The notes beneath the pieces are model-generated. The model ran no database searches. It worked only from the letters and a program-made list of their open reading frames with translations, and was not told the origin of the DNA. A stretch of 62,749 nt of DNA, the filler included, from a bacterium (lineage in GTDB: Bacteria; JALSQH01), in assembly GCA_026985515.1 (NCBI GenBank). It is 7 parts of 7 records of this genome, joined end to end, with 100 filler letters (N's around TTAATTAATTAA, not from the genome) between each part and the next. Parts side by side here need not be neighbours in the genome. Positions count along the whole stretch, not along the records: positions 30,662 to 49,881 come from JALSQH010000018.1; positions 49,982 to 55,167 come from JALSQH010000019.1; positions 55,268 to 60,439 come from JALSQH010000020.1; 4 more parts are not named here. One strand, 5' to 3'. Numbering within the stretch: the stretch's first letter is position 1; each line of letters begins with the position of its first letter. Below are positions 45,216 through 56,949 of the stretch, one piece after another. The position numbers were made by a program, and so were the translations under genes.

Positions 45216-45961
45216 TTAAAAGAAATCTGAAGCTTCTCCTTGAATATGATGGAACAGAATTCCACGGATGGCAGTTTCAACCGGAGAGGCGTACAGTTCA
45301 GGGTGTACTTCGTGAAGCAATTTCAAAAATTGAAGATCTGCCTCTTTCAGAGATAAAATTAATTGGTGCCAGTCGGACAGATGCCGGAGTTCATGCGGTT
45401 GGCCAGGTTGCAAATTTTTTCTCAAGAAGAAGAATTTCTCCTGCAAATTACAGGAAGGCACTGAATTCTATTCTTCCTGAAGATCTGGTTGTAAAAGGAA
45501 TTGAAGAAGTTGAGCTTTCTTTCAATGCCAGAAGAGATGCCAGGGGGAAGTGGTACAGATACATAGTTTTAAACAGCGATTACCCATCTGCTCTTGAAAG
45601 AAAGAGAGTTTTCTTTTTTCCTCATAAGGTTGATGTGGATTTGATGAGGGAGATAGGTCATATCTTCGTGGGAAAAAAAGATTTTTCATCCTTTCGTGCA
45701 TCGGGAAGTGATGCGAAGAGTTCCATCAGAGAAATTTTTTCTCTTATAATTGAGAAGCATGGCGATTACATATACTTTGACATAAGAGGTTCAGGTTTCC
45801 TCAAGCAGATGGTGAGAAATATTGTGGGTACACTTCTATGGGTTGGGATCGGGAAAATACAACCTGAAGAGCTGGAGTCAATTTTTTCTGCCAGAGACAG
45901 GAGGAAAGCTGGTCCCACCGCCCCCGCACATGGATTGTATCTTATGGAAGTTGAATACTGA
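45212..45961 (+). CDS. truA: tRNA pseudouridine(38-40) synthase
   Basis: YDGTEFHGWQ, SRTDAGVHA, FLKQMVRNIVG, TAPAHGLYL. Confidence 0.96.
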   Translation: MIKRNLKLLLEYDGTEFHGWQFQPERRTVQGVLREAISKIEDLPLSEIKLIGASRTDAGVHAVGQVANFFSRRRISPANYRKALNSILPEDLVVKGIEEVELSFNARRDARGKWYRYIVLNSDYPSALERKRVFFFPHKVDVDLMREIGHIFVGKKDFSSFRASGSDAKSSIREIFSLIIEKHGDYIYFDIRGSGFLKQMVRNIVGTLLWVGIGKIQPEELESIFSARDRRKAGPTAPAHGLYLMEVEY

Positions 45962-46022
45962 GTATGTTGAATTGATTTACCTATTTCTTTGTTATAAAAT
46001 TAAAAATGAGACGGAGTAAGGT

Positions 46023-48752
46023 GTGGTAAAAGCCAAAATATTAATTGTTGAATCAAATCTGAGGGATAAAGGTCTGCTTGAAGTTGCACTGAAAAAGGCC
46101 GGATTCAGTGTAGCCACCACATCCACCCCGGAAGAGGCCCTGAGCATTCTGGATATTTTTATGCCAGACCTGATTATTTCCAATACCAGATTCCCCAAAA
46201 TGGATGGCTTTGAGTTTTGCAAACGGGTAAAGGAAAATCCGAAATACAAACATATACCCTTTATATTTCTCACTCCAGATAAGAGTCTCAATTCCAAGAT
46301 AAAGGGACTCGAACTGGGTGCCGATGATTATCTGGTGAAACCCCTCTACCTCAGAGAACTTGTGATGAGAGTCAAGATCCTGGTTGAAAAAAAGGAAAAG
46401 GAGAGTCTTGAACTGGTTGATTCCAGGAAAATGTTTACCGGAAGCCTGGAGGATATGGGACTTGTGGATCTTATTCAGACTATGGAGCTGGGAAGAAAAA
46501 CCGGGATCATCTATCTCTATCGCAAAGACAAGATAGGAAAGATTTATTTCTCTGAGGGGAGGCTCATTAATGCTGTTGTGGGTGATATAGCGGGTGAGGA
46601 GGCAGTATACAGACTTTTTACATGGAATGAGGGAACTTTTAAAATAGAGTTTCGTGATATTAGCGGGATCGATGAACTGATCACTTCTTCCACACAGGCG
46701 ATATTGATGGAGGGAATGAGGAGACTCGATGAAATTGAGAGGTACAAAGAACAGCTGCCACCCTTTGATACCAGGCTTAAAGTGGATAATGAAATGATTC
46801 TGGAAAGTAACATAGAAAAGTTTCCCAGGGAAGTTGAAGATATTCTGGTTCTCTTTGATGGAAAGAAGACCCTTGGAGAAATCCTTGATGAAGTTAAAAT
46901 TGATCAGGTTAAAGCGGTTGAAATAATATCAAAGCTTTACTTCGAAGGATTCCTTACGCCTGTGGCTGAAGATAAAGAAAAAACAGGGTCCTTTGTGGTC
47001 AGTCAATTTGACCTTTTCGAAGAGGAGGAAACTGAAGTTTCCAGACCCCCTGAAATTCCACCAGAGGAACTTTTCAAAGATGATCCCTCAACCACAGAGG
47101 GAAAAGGTATGTTTGAACTTGCACCTCCGGAAGAGGAAAACCTGGAGGATAAAAGGGTAACAAAGGGTCCTGTGAGAAAGGAAGATGTTGGGAAAGTAAT
47201 TCCTTTCCCTGCCACATCTGCTGAAACAGCTCCTGAAATTGAAAAGATCTCATCCTCGGAAAAGGTTTCTCCTCCTGTGATGGAACCTCCCCAGTTTGTA
47301 AGGGTGGAGAAGAAGAGGGGAGTGGGAAGAATCCTTTTCCTTTTTTTCTTTGTGATTCTCCTCTCTGGAGGAGGAATTTACTACTATTACTCCAGAGTAA
47401 ACAGAGCCACCTATGAGCCTCCAGAAAGTCTTGTCTATTCTGATGCTATTTCAGAATTTTTACTTGATACGGAAGAAGGGTATCGCAATGCAGAGAAAAT
47501 TTTTAAGAAGCTGGAAAATCTTTCTGGAGAAAACTGGAAAATTAAGTACTTCCTGTCCCTTATCCATTTGCGCTGGGGTGAATTAAAGAATGATGAGGTT
47601 ATGATTGATCGGGGCTGGGAAGAAGTACTGCAGCTAAAGGAAACGAATGATAACCCGTTTGTAGAAGGAGCTTATGCTGAAGCTCTCATGATAATGGGGA
47701 AAATTGACGATGCCAGACATCTGATCCAGAAGATGCTGAAAAATAAGAAGTATTACCAGTTTTATTATGTACTTGGTGATTCCTATCTCCGGGAGTATGA
47801 TACCGAGAGAAGCAGAGATCCGCTGATTAAGAGCGTCAAATTAAATCCAAGGTTTGTGAAAGGACTCGCCGAGATTGGAAAACTTTACTTTATGAAGGGT
47901 GATTTTACCAGCTCAATTACCTATCTAAACAGAGCGATTCAACTGAGCCCTGAACATGTTGAATCCCTGGTATATCTGGGTAGAGCCTATTACAGGCTGA
48001 AAAAATACAATACAGCAACTTCATATTTGATCAGGTCTCTTTCCTACAGGAAGGATGAGGCTGTAATGTTACTCCTGTCCAAAATATATGTTGAAAATCT
48101 CCTTATGCCAGAGAAGGCCCTGAGTTTTTTGAAAGATCTCTGGTTTAAAAGTGAAAAGCAATTGATAAGAATGGAAGCGGGTTACCTTCTCGGCAAAGCA
48201 TACATTGAAATGGGACAGAAGAAAAAGGGGATAAGAATTCTGAGAAAAATTTACAACGTTAATCCCGGGTACAGAGATGTGGGTGTTATTCTGGATACAT
48301 TAAAAGAGGGGATGAAGAAAAAAATAGCAGGAAAATCGATTCATGGAGAGAAAAAGAAACCTGAGGGTGGAGTTAATGTTCTTTCAGGCAGAGATCTTGG
48401 AGAGAGGTATCTTCAGCTCGGGATTTATGAATACAGAAGAGATAATTATGAAATGGCTTATCAGTATCTCAGTAATGCCATGAAACTCATGCCTGACGAT
48501 TACAGGGTTTATTACGCCCTTGGCCGGGTTCTCGAGGATATGGGGAGAGTGCATGAAGCGATAGCTGCATTCCTGAAGGTGGTATATCTCAATCCCTCTC
48601 ATGCTGATGCCCATCTTCATCTTGGAGGTTTGTATTATTCTATTGGAAGAACACAATCAGCTATTAAAGAATACAGAACATATCTTCAACTTGCACCGAA
48701 TGGTGCCCACGCTGAAGAAGTTAAACGAATACTGAGGAGCTTAGGTGGTTGA
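46023..48752 (+). CDS. Atypical receiver - DUF4388 - TM - periplasmic TPR protein
   Basis: REC fold with Asn at the phosphoacceptor site (DLIISN), GSLEDMGLVDLIQ..E.GRKTG domain, one TM helix, TPRs. Confidence 0.8.
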   Translation: MVKAKILIVESNLRDKGLLEVALKKAGFSVATTSTPEEALSILDIFMPDLIISNTRFPKMDGFEFCKRVKENPKYKHIPFIFLTPDKSLNSKIKGLELGADDYLVKPLYLRELVMRVKILVEKKEKESLELVDSRKMFTGSLEDMGLVDLIQTMELGRKTGIIYLYRKDKIGKIYFSEGRLINAVVGDIAGEEAVYRLFTWNEGTFKIEFRDISGIDELITSSTQAILMEGMRRLDEIERYKEQLPPFDTRLKVDNEMILESNIEKFPREVEDILVLFDGKKTLGEILDEVKIDQVKAVEIISKLYFEGFLTPVAEDKEKTGSFVVSQFDLFEEEETEVSRPPEIPPEELFKDDPSTTEGKGMFELAPPEEENLEDKRVTKGPVRKEDVGKVIPFPATSAETAPEIEKISSSEKVSPPVMEPPQFVRVEKKRGVGRILFLFFFVILLSGGGIYYYYSRVNRATYEPPESLVYSDAISEFLLDTEEGYRNAEKIFKKLENLSGENWKIKYFLSLIHLRWGELKNDEVMIDRGWEEVLQLKETNDNPFVEGAYAEALMIMGKIDDARHLIQKMLKNKKYYQFYYVLGDSYLREYDTERSRDPLIKSVKLNPRFVKGLAEIGKLYFMKGDFTSSITYLNRAIQLSPEHVESLVYLGRAYYRLKKYNTATSYLIRSLSYRKDEAVMLLLSKIYVENLLMPEKALSFLKDLWFKSEKQLIRMEAGYLLGKAYIEMGQKKKGIRILRKIYNVNPGYRDVGVILDTLKEGMKKKIAGKSIHGEKKKPEGGVNVLSGRDLGERYLQLGIYEYRRDNYEMAYQYLSNAMKLMPDDYRVYYALGRVLEDMGRVHEAIAAFLKVVYLNPSHADAHLHLGGLYYSIGRTQSAIKEYRTYLQLAPNGAHAEEVKRILRSLGG

Positions 48753-49098
48753 AAAAAGAAGAGACAGAAGAGTCCCTCTGAGAGTTCAGGTTTTTGTGAG
48801 GAATAAGGAGTTTGAAGGTACAATATTTTTCTATTCTGCTAATATAAGCACAGGTGGTATTTTCCTTGAATCAGACCTGCTTTTCGATGTTGGAACAGAA
48901 TTTTTGCTTGAGTTTACACTACCTCTCCATCCAGGGTTTATCAGGGCGAAAGGTGTTGTGGTGTGGGTAACCAGACCAGGTGTCATAGGACAGGAGAGAA
49001 GTGACCCACCAGGAATGGGAATAAAGTTCGTTGAAATATCCGATGAAGACAGGAAAAAACTGGAAGAATTTATTGCCAGGAAACTCAGCAGAAGCTGA
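48745..49098 (+). CDS. Stand-alone PilZ domain protein (myxobacterial TIGR02266-like)
   Basis: RxxxR (RRDRR), NISTGG, PGMGIKF. Confidence 0.88.
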   Translation: MVEKRRDRRVPLRVQVFVRNKEFEGTIFFYSANISTGGIFLESDLLFDVGTEFLLEFTLPLHPGFIRAKGVVVWVTRPGVIGQERSDPPGMGIKFVEISDEDRKKLEEFIARKLSRS

Positions 49099-49100
49099 TT

Positions 49101-49881
49101 TCACTCCATGAGGTGTTTGAAATACTCCCTGTTTATTTTCCTGTAGGGATGGGGGAATCCCTCTTCCAGTGATTTTATAATCTCTTTTCTTTTTTCAGTG
49201 TATCCTCTGGATGGGGGAGGGATCTTGATTTTTTCTTCTGAGGGCCTGCCAGAAGTTTCTCCATAACCACCTCTTTTAGCCACCCCTTTTCTGTAAACTT
49301 CTCTCTCCTTTTCAAGCTCTTTTCTACTTTCTTTCATCGCATTTATTGCTTCATCAAGCCAGAACTGAGCCTTTTTTTCACTTTCATATCCTTTGAAGGT
49401 ATTCTCTTTTTCAATTCTCTGGTATGCTTCATTCATCTTTTCCCTGCTCCTGCTCACAAAATCAACGCTTTTTCCAGCAAGGTGTGGATATTTTGTTGCA
49501 ATATCTCTCAGTTGCCTCTCTATCTCCCCTGTTCTTTTTTCAAATCTTCTGTTTTCCCTCTCGAAAAATTTTACACTGCTACTGTTCTGTATATCTTTTA
49601 TTTCCCTTTCAGTCTGATCTATTTTCCGCAGCATATCATCTATGTCATATCTGTTTACATCGGGATATCTCTTTAACTCTTTTAGAAGTTTTTTCAAATC
49701 ACTCAGATTGTTTTCCGTTTTTATCTTCTGTATCCTTTTCGAAATGGGGGGTGAGTAGAGATAAAAGGAAGGTATGCTTAAATTCATCTCGTCCAGAATC
49801 CTTTTGATCATGTTTCTTATTCTTTTTGAGGCAGATTTTGAAATCTTCCGGTTGTAGCGGTGAAGAGACGCCAGGTACTTT
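49101..49881 (-). CDS. Coiled-coil protein C-terminal fragment (DUF4175-like)
   Basis: Frame open to contig edge; C-terminal KIKIP...RKEI...L.EGFP.PY......YF..L. Confidence 0.55.
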
Positions 49882-49981
49882 NNNNNNNNNNNNNNNNNNN
49901 NNNNNNNNNNNNNNNNNNNNNNNNNTTAATTAATTAANNNNNNNNNNNNNNNNNNNNNNNNNNNNNNNNNNNNNNNNNNNN
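49882..49981. other. Artificial contig spacer
   Basis: N44-TTAATTAATTAA-N44. Confidence 0.98.
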
Positions 49982-51697
49982 ACGCTCTTTCTTTTCTGGA
50001 GATGAGTAATTCTGGTATGACCTTTCATAAAACTCATATGCGTCTTCATATCTACCAAGCTTGAAGTATATGTCGCCCATATGCTCAAAGATCTCAGGCT
50101 CAGGATTTTTCAAAAGTGACACAGCTTTCTCAAGGTAGAATTTTGCCTTTTGAATTTCACCCTTCTTATAGTACACCCATCCAAGACTGTCAATTATGTA
50201 GGGATCATTGGGTCTTTTCTTCAAAGCCTTTTTTATATATTTCTCGGCATCATCAAGCTTTATACCCTGCTCAGCGTAATAGTAACCAATATAGTTCAGA
50301 GCATCGGGATTATCGGGATCCGATTTTAAAATCTTTTTCATACACTCAAGTGCTCTGTCATACTTTTTTTCATAGTCATAAGCTATTCCAAGCTTATAGA
50401 GGAGAGAGACATTATCGGGAAACTTTTTCAAACCTTCCTTCAGCACCGCTATTTCCTTCTCATATTCTTTTTCACCCTGATAAACATCAGCAAGAAAAGT
50501 GTAGGCATCTGGAGAAGGGAATTTTTTTAAAAGATTTGTCAGCACCTTTTTCACTTCATCCTTCTCTCCAAGCTGATAAAGAATGGTGGCCTTCAGCAGA
50601 GAAATAGCGGGAAAGAAGTTTCCAGGTTTTTTAATTGAATTCAGCACATTCAGTGCTTTTTCATACTGGGAAATATTTGCATAAGAAAAGGCAAGATAAA
50701 GTTTAATGGGAACAACATCCGAATATGTTTTCTCCAGATTTTCAAGGATCTGAATTGCATCCTGAAATTTTCCTTCATTTATGTATGTAAAAGCAATAGC
50801 AAAATCAAGTTTCCATGAGGAAGTTTTCAATTCTCTCTTCAGTCTCAATAACTCAGCCCTTGCTCTTTCACCCTTTTTCTCTATCTCATAAACCTGGGCG
50901 AGGAACATACGCAATTCCAACCAGTCAGGGTGGATGGCAAGTACAGCCTTAAGAAGCTTCTCGGCCTTTTTAAGCTGACCCGTTACAACATAAAGAGTAA
51001 CCAGGTCCTTTATTCCCGGTAGAAAATCAGGATTAATTGAATAGAGAGTTTCCAGTTCCTTTATGGCGGCATTCCTGTTATTTTTCTTCAAATAGAGCCT
51101 TGATTTTATATAATGATAGAGGGTAGGTTTCGCCTCTTTTATCCTTTCAAGGAGTTCATCAACTTTCTTCAGGTTACCTTTTATAAGACCTATCTGAATA
51201 AGCCTCATGATAACGAGTGTATCGTAGGGATCTTTTGAATAGGCAAGGTTGAAAAACTTCTCAGCTTTGTTTATTTTTCTTATTCTGAAATATGAATCAG
51301 CCACTATTTTAACAATCTCAGGATCAAATTTTTCCTTGAGAAAGATTTCCCCATAATAAGAGGCATCCTCATACTTCCTTAAAACATAAGCCATTTTCGC
51401 AAGTCGTCCCGCCACTTCCGTCTGGGGATACTCATAGTAGAATTCTTCCAGAGCCTTATACGCATTCTCAAAATCCCCATGAGAAATAAAATACCTATAC
51501 TTGAGATAAGAGGCCATTCCATAAGCGGAAAGATTGAAAGAGGGTGGAGATTCTTCTTTAATTTCTGGTTTCTCCTCTCCCTTGATAACAACGGGGGGAA
51601 GCTTGATTACTTTCTCCCTCTTTACCGCTGTTCTGTTACATGAATAAAATGAGGGAAAGAAAAAAATTATAAAAAAAAGCAGGACAACCTTCTTCAT
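49982..51697 (-). CDS. Multi-TPR envelope (lipo)protein (3' partial)
   Basis: Signal peptide with Cys, TPRs, ALNYIGY.YAE and YIIDSLGWVYYK motifs. Confidence 0.85.
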
Positions 51698-51790
51698 TTT
51701 CAAAGATAAAATTACCATTTATTCAACTTTCAGTCAAATAAAATACAGCTTTCCTTTGCTTTTTCAAAAATAATTCATAATCTAATTGTT

Positions 51791-52522
51791 ATGAAGGTCC
51801 TCCTCTTTCCCACCTGTCTTGTTGAGAGAGCTGGGAAAAAGATCAGGAATTCTACCATTCTGCTTCTTGAAAATCTGGGACATGAGGTTCTAACCGTAAG
51901 TCACTCCACATGCTGTGGCCAGATAGCCTTTAACATGGGCGACTGGGACGAAGCACGCAAAATGGCAAGATTCTGGATTGAAACTTACCTCATGCGGAAC
52001 GATTTTGACGCAATCGTCTCTCCTTCTGGATCCTGTGTTCACATGATAAGGCACAATCTCCCCCTTCTTTTTGCTGAAGATCCTGAAATTAAAAGCATAC
52101 TGGAAGAAAAACTACCACTGGTTTTTGAAATAGTGGAGTTCATTTTTCACAATGGACAGCAAAATGAAATAGAGGCATATTTTCCTCACACCGTCACATA
52201 TCATCCATCATGCCACTACCTGAGGGGATTGAAAATTAAAGACAAACCAAGGATTCTCCTCAGTAATGTAAGGGGACTTCGCCTTGTTAAGATGGAAAAG
52301 GAAGAGATGTGTTGCGGATTTGGAGGTTTATTCTCAATCAAAATGAACAAAATATCAGCAGCCATAGCCAGCAGAAAGGCAGAGTATATTGAGCAATCGG
52401 GGGCTGAGTATGTTACAACACCTGATTTGAGCTGTATGCTGAATCTTGAAGGAATTCTCAGGAGGAAAGGATCTCCGGTTAAAGTAATTCACATCACAGA
52501 GATTCTGACATCGGGGTATTGA
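51791..52522 (+). CDS. lutA: Lactate utilization protein A (CCG domains)
   Basis: PTCLV, CCGQ, SGSC, YHPSCH, CCGFGG. Confidence 0.9.
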   Translation: MKVLLFPTCLVERAGKKIRNSTILLLENLGHEVLTVSHSTCCGQIAFNMGDWDEARKMARFWIETYLMRNDFDAIVSPSGSCVHMIRHNLPLLFAEDPEIKSILEEKLPLVFEIVEFIFHNGQQNEIEAYFPHTVTYHPSCHYLRGLKIKDKPRILLSNVRGLRLVKMEKEEMCCGFGGLFSIKMNKISAAIASRKAEYIEQSGAEYVTTPDLSCMLNLEGILRRKGSPVKVIHITEILTSGY

Positions 52523-52523
52523 A

Positions 52524-53846
52524 ATGGATTTTAACAGAAAATTTGAAGAACTTTACAGTAATCAGAATCTCAGAAAGGCAATAATCAATGCCACTGATAG
52601 AGCGGTAAAAAAAAGAGAGGAAACAATCAGAAGAATCCCAGACTTTGAAGAGTTAAGGGAAAAGGCCTCCCTGATTAAAGAATACAGTGTAAACAACCTC
52701 CCTGACCTCCTGGAGAAATTTAAAGAAAATGCCTCAAAAAATGGATTCATCATTCACACAGCAAAAGATGCAGAAGAAGCAAGGGAGATAGTAAATTCAA
52801 TTTTGCAAAGGAGAAAAGTTAAAACTGTCGTAAAAGGTAAATCCATGACTTCAGAAGAAATTGGATTAACTTCCTTTCTCCATGAGCAGGGCTACGATGT
52901 GTATGAAACTGATCTTGGAGAATTCATAATACAGCTTGCAGGTGAGCCCCCCTCACATCTAACAGGACCGGCCATCCATAAGAACAGATTTGAAATCGCC
53001 CGGCTTCTGCACCAGAAGTTGAAAATTCCCCTCACCACAGATCCTGAAAAGCTCACACAGGAAGTGAGAAAATATTTACGAAGAAAATTCTTCTCGGCAG
53101 AGGCAGGTATAACGGGTGCAAATTTCCTGATTTCAGACACTGGAGGCATTGTACTGGTAGAAAATGAGGGAAACATAAGATTAACCACCACATTACCACC
53201 CCTGCACATTGCAGTAGCTGGAGTAGAAAAAGTAATACCCTCAATAAAAGATCTCTCAGTATTTCTGAAAGTACTTGCACCAAGCAGCACTGGTCAAAGG
53301 CAGACAGGTTATGTTTCATACATCGGAAAAAGCGGTGAAAAAGAGAGACACATAATTCTTCTGGACAACAAAAGATGGAAAATGTGGAATGACCCGGTAA
53401 TGAAGCAGGCACTGAAATGCATAAGATGTGGAGCATGTGCCAATGTTTGTCCAGTTTTTCAGATTGCAGGAGGTCATCTATACGGAGGTGCTTACACAGG
53501 TCCAATAGGAATAATCTGGAACCACTTTATATATGGTGAAAAAGTCAGAGAAATACCTTATCTCTCCACTCTCTGTGGTGCCTGCGAGGAGGTGTGTCCC
53601 GTTAAAATACCCATTCCTTCTCTTATACTCGAATTGAGAAAAAGAAACTACAGGGAATCTCTCAACTTTCAGGAAAAATTACTCATAAAGGGATGGCGAA
53701 TTCTCCACACTGATAGGCTCGCCGGAAAAATTGCAAACATGGCATTTGAGGCGGGGAAAAAGATTGCAGGCAGAAAGGAGGTAATTAAAAACCTTCCCTT
53801 CATAATGAAAAGATGGACGGAAAAGAGGGACATATATCTGAAATGA
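52524..53846 (+). CDS. lutB: Lactate utilization protein B (Fe-S)
   Basis: KGKSMTSEE, ETDLGE, ENEGN, CIRCGACANVCP, STLCGACEEVCP. Confidence 0.92.
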   Translation: MDFNRKFEELYSNQNLRKAIINATDRAVKKREETIRRIPDFEELREKASLIKEYSVNNLPDLLEKFKENASKNGFIIHTAKDAEEAREIVNSILQRRKVKTVVKGKSMTSEEIGLTSFLHEQGYDVYETDLGEFIIQLAGEPPSHLTGPAIHKNRFEIARLLHQKLKIPLTTDPEKLTQEVRKYLRRKFFSAEAGITGANFLISDTGGIVLVENEGNIRLTTTLPPLHIAVAGVEKVIPSIKDLSVFLKVLAPSSTGQRQTGYVSYIGKSGEKERHIILLDNKRWKMWNDPVMKQALKCIRCGACANVCPVFQIAGGHLYGGAYTGPIGIIWNHFIYGEKVREIPYLSTLCGACEEVCPVKIPIPSLILELRKRNYRESLNFQEKLLIKGWRILHTDRLAGKIANMAFEAGKKIAGRKEVIKNLPFIMKRWTEKRDIYLK

Positions 53847-54349
53847 AGAAAACAGAGCTTCTACAGCAATTTATTTCAGAACTTGAACATCAGGGAATAC
53901 CCCATACAGTTGCATCTTCGGTTTTTGAGATAAAAAAACTCATTGTGGATTATCTCTGGAGAAAAAAGATCAGAGAAGTAATCACCAGTCCAGGTGATTT
54001 ACTGAAGAAGTTTGAACTTTACCCTTATCTGCTACCCTTCAGTGGTGATCTGGAAAATGTGAGAGCGGGAATCACCCTTGCCAGTTATGGAGTGGCATGG
54101 TCAGGGGGAATCGTGGAGCTTTACAACAGCAACGCTGAAAAATATGCCTCACTTGTGCCGGAGATCCACATCGCCATCATAAAATCTTCAAATATTCTTC
54201 AAGATTTTACTGAACTGTTTGAAAAAATCCCTGCAGATAGAGATGCAACATTAATAACAGGACCATCAAAAACCGCCGATATTGAGAAAATTGTAGTGAA
54301 AGGTGCCCACGGACCTCGGGAATTACAGGTTATAATTTTTGAGGAATAA
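53843..54349 (+). CDS. lutC: Lactate utilization protein C (LUD domain)
   Basis: [23 protein letters not shown]. Confidence 0.9.
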   Translation: MKKTELLQQFISELEHQGIPHTVASSVFEIKKLIVDYLWRKKIREVITSPGDLLKKFELYPYLLPFSGDLENVRAGITLASYGVAWSGGIVELYNSNAEKYASLVPEIHIAIIKSSNILQDFTELFEKIPADRDATLITGPSKTADIEKIVVKGAHGPRELQVIIFEE

Positions 54350-54378
54350 AAAACGAGGGGGGCATCCCCCCTCGTTTT
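54350..54378. terminator. Bidirectional intrinsic terminator
   Basis: AAAACGAGGGGGG-CAT-CCCCCCTCGTTTT between convergent lutC and hppA. Confidence 0.88.
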
Positions 54379-54379
54379 A

Positions 54380-55167
54380 TCAGTGCAGAAATGGTGCGAT
54401 AACGAGAGAAACTATACTCATCAACTTGATAAGAATATTCATGGATGGACCGGCAGTATCTTTAAAGGGATCACCAACAGTATCACCGGTAACTGCAGCT
54501 TTGTGAGCATCTGACCCCTTCTTCTCACCCTCAACTTCACCTTTCTCAATCGCCTTCTTTGCATTATCCCACGCACCACCTGCATTGGCCATGAAGAGAG
54601 CAAGCAAAACACCTGTCACTGTCGCCCCTGCAAGCATTCCACCAAGAGCCGCGGCACCGAGACCAAAACCCACCACAATGGGGGCAAGAACTGCTGTAAG
54701 ACCAGGAAGAATCATCTCTTTGAGAGCCGCTGTTGTTGAAATTTCCACACACTTTGCAGCATCAGGCTTTACACCCGGTTTTCCTTCAAGCAATCCGGGG
54801 ATCTCCCTGAACTGTCTTCTTATCTCATCCACCATTTTGGACGCAGCCCTTCCAACTGCCGTCATTGCAAGTGATGCAATGAAGAATGGAAGAACGCCAC
54901 CAATCAGCAGGCCGATAACCACTTTTGGATTATCAAGATTTATAACAATCTGACCCTTCGCTCCATGTGCACTCCCCACTGCCTGTGTGAAGGCAGAGAA
55001 AAGAGCAAGGGCTGTGAGAGCTGCAGAACCTATGGCAAATCCCTTACCAATAGCCGCAGTTGTATTACCAAGAGCATCAAGTTTATCTGTAATGGCTCTG
55101 ACATTTTCACCCAGTTCAGCCATCTCAGCAATACCACCTGCATTATCAGCAACGGGACCATACGCAT
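54380..55167 (-). CDS. hppA: Membrane-bound ion-pumping pyrophosphatase, K+-dependent type (5' partial)
   Basis: [20 protein letters not shown] (Ala at the K+-determinant position), [20 protein letters not shown]. Confidence 0.95.
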
Positions 55168-55267
55168 NNNNNNNNNNNNNNNNNNNNNNNNNNNNNNNNN
55201 NNNNNNNNNNNTTAATTAATTAANNNNNNNNNNNNNNNNNNNNNNNNNNNNNNNNNNNNNNNNNNNN
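55168..55267. other. Artificial contig spacer
   Basis: N44-TTAATTAATTAA-N44. Confidence 0.98.
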
Positions 55268-56949
55268 CTCTTTATACAGTTGATAAATTCACTCCTGCTC
55301 CTGGCTCTGTTTGAACAGTAAGTAACAATGCGGGTTGCTATGAACTGGTAAGCATCCCAGTATGTTGGTACTCTTCCAAGATGATTCTCAAACTCTTCTT
55401 CAAATAATTCAACTTCTGCAGTGTCTGAAAAGGCATAAAAATTTCCAGCAGCAAATACTGTGTAGTCACCCAGGACATCTGTATCCATGGGATTTATGAC
55501 ATCCCTTGTACAGAGGAAATTTAGTTTGTCCATACCAAAATATCCAAATTGCGGGATCAGAAAAGACACAGTAGTTGCACTGTCTGGAATGAAGACTGCA
55601 TCCACAGGTGGTTTATACTCTTTTTTTTTGAGATTTTCGAAAAAAGCCTTTTCATCTTCCCTGTCTTTTATTCCCAGAACCTTCCAGAAGTAGAATCTGA
55701 AATCTTGTGTGTTTTCCTCATACTGGATCTGCCATATTACTTCTCCCCCCCTGGAGGTGACCTCCCTTGAAAAGAGATTTGCGTATGTGGCGCCATATTC
55801 ATTCTCAGGGTTGAAAATTGCAAATTTTTTCCAGCCATTTTTAAATGCAAAGTCAACAAGCCTTTTAACAATTTTTTCAGGAGTCAGGTTTATTCTGATT
55901 ATATATGGATCATTCTCAAGTTCACTGAAAGATGAATTTATGGTGACCACAGGGATTTTAAACTTCCTGTTGAGTCTCAAAACCTCCTTTAAATCCCAGC
56001 TGAGAACCGGACCAATGCTAACAGGATTCATTTTCTTTCTCATCTGTCTGAAATACAGGGCTGTGAAAATCCTGTCACCCCATGTATTCCCGGTGGATAT
56101 TGGAGATGAGATATTAATGGCATAAAGAGTGTCCTCAAGGAGTTTTGTTCCAACTGGGGCAAATGCACCATTCAGAGGCAGAAGAAGAAAGATCCTGGCA
56201 GGCGCAGAAGCATGAGTAATTTCTACAATTTTTTTTAAATACTCAAATTTTTTATTGAGTTCTTCGTCATCAGATGGCTGATAGGAGGCGAGATGAGTGA
56301 AGTCTCCCTCTTCTGCAAGTTTTAAAATTAAAAGGTCGCTCAGGTGAGCAGAGTTAAACTTAATCCCTATCAATTCAGATACGGGGATTGAGTAAAGTAT
56401 GTTTTTCTCAATGGCGTACAGGAAATTTCTTATTTTTTTTGAGTTAAACTCAGATGATGCAAGGTCAAGAATCTGGAGCGCCTTTCCATACTTTTTTTTC
56501 TCCCAGTAAATTAGACCCACATTTGCAAGACATTTGCCCTTTTCAATTCCTGAGGGAATAAGATCAGGTTTGATTTTTTCATACCATTTTTTCAGACTTG
56601 GTGGTTTAATGTTTCCAGCAAGACAAACAGCTTCTGAGAAGTATTTTCCTTCCGGATAAGCTTCAATGTAAGAAGTAAGGTAGGTTATCGCTCTTGAATA
56701 TAATTTTTCTGCGTAGAAGATTTTCCCAAGGTAAAAAAGAGCGTTTGCCTTTATTTCTCCAGATGGTTTCATGGAAAGTGATTTGAGGAGATATTTCCTT
56801 GCTTCTTCAAATTTTCTCTGGGAAAACGATGTGATGGCGGAATTATAAAAATCCTCGGGAGTCTTTTTAACTACCTTCAGACCGGCGCAGGATGCAAGGA
56901 GTACCAGAGAAAGAAGGATGAGAAATTTATTTGTTTTCAAGTAACCCAT
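55268..56949 (-). CDS. Lipoprotein with TPR and periplasmic-binding-fold domain (LpoA-like, 3' partial)
   Basis: Lipobox AGL preceded by LASC, TPRs, LLLPLNG, IGPV, PENEYG, DAVFIPD. Confidence 0.7.

Noticed and set aside
25259-54349. A single lactate-oxidation/sulfur-reduction gene cluster (lutABC plus Mo operon)
   Set aside because: The genes are on different contigs; a metabolic link is plausible but linkage is not shown
54585-54953. Antisense ORFs (also 21371-21883, 39737-40108, 11359-11904, 59195-59767 and other short ones)
   Set aside because: Shadows of well-supported genes on the other strand or frame, with no motifs or RBS
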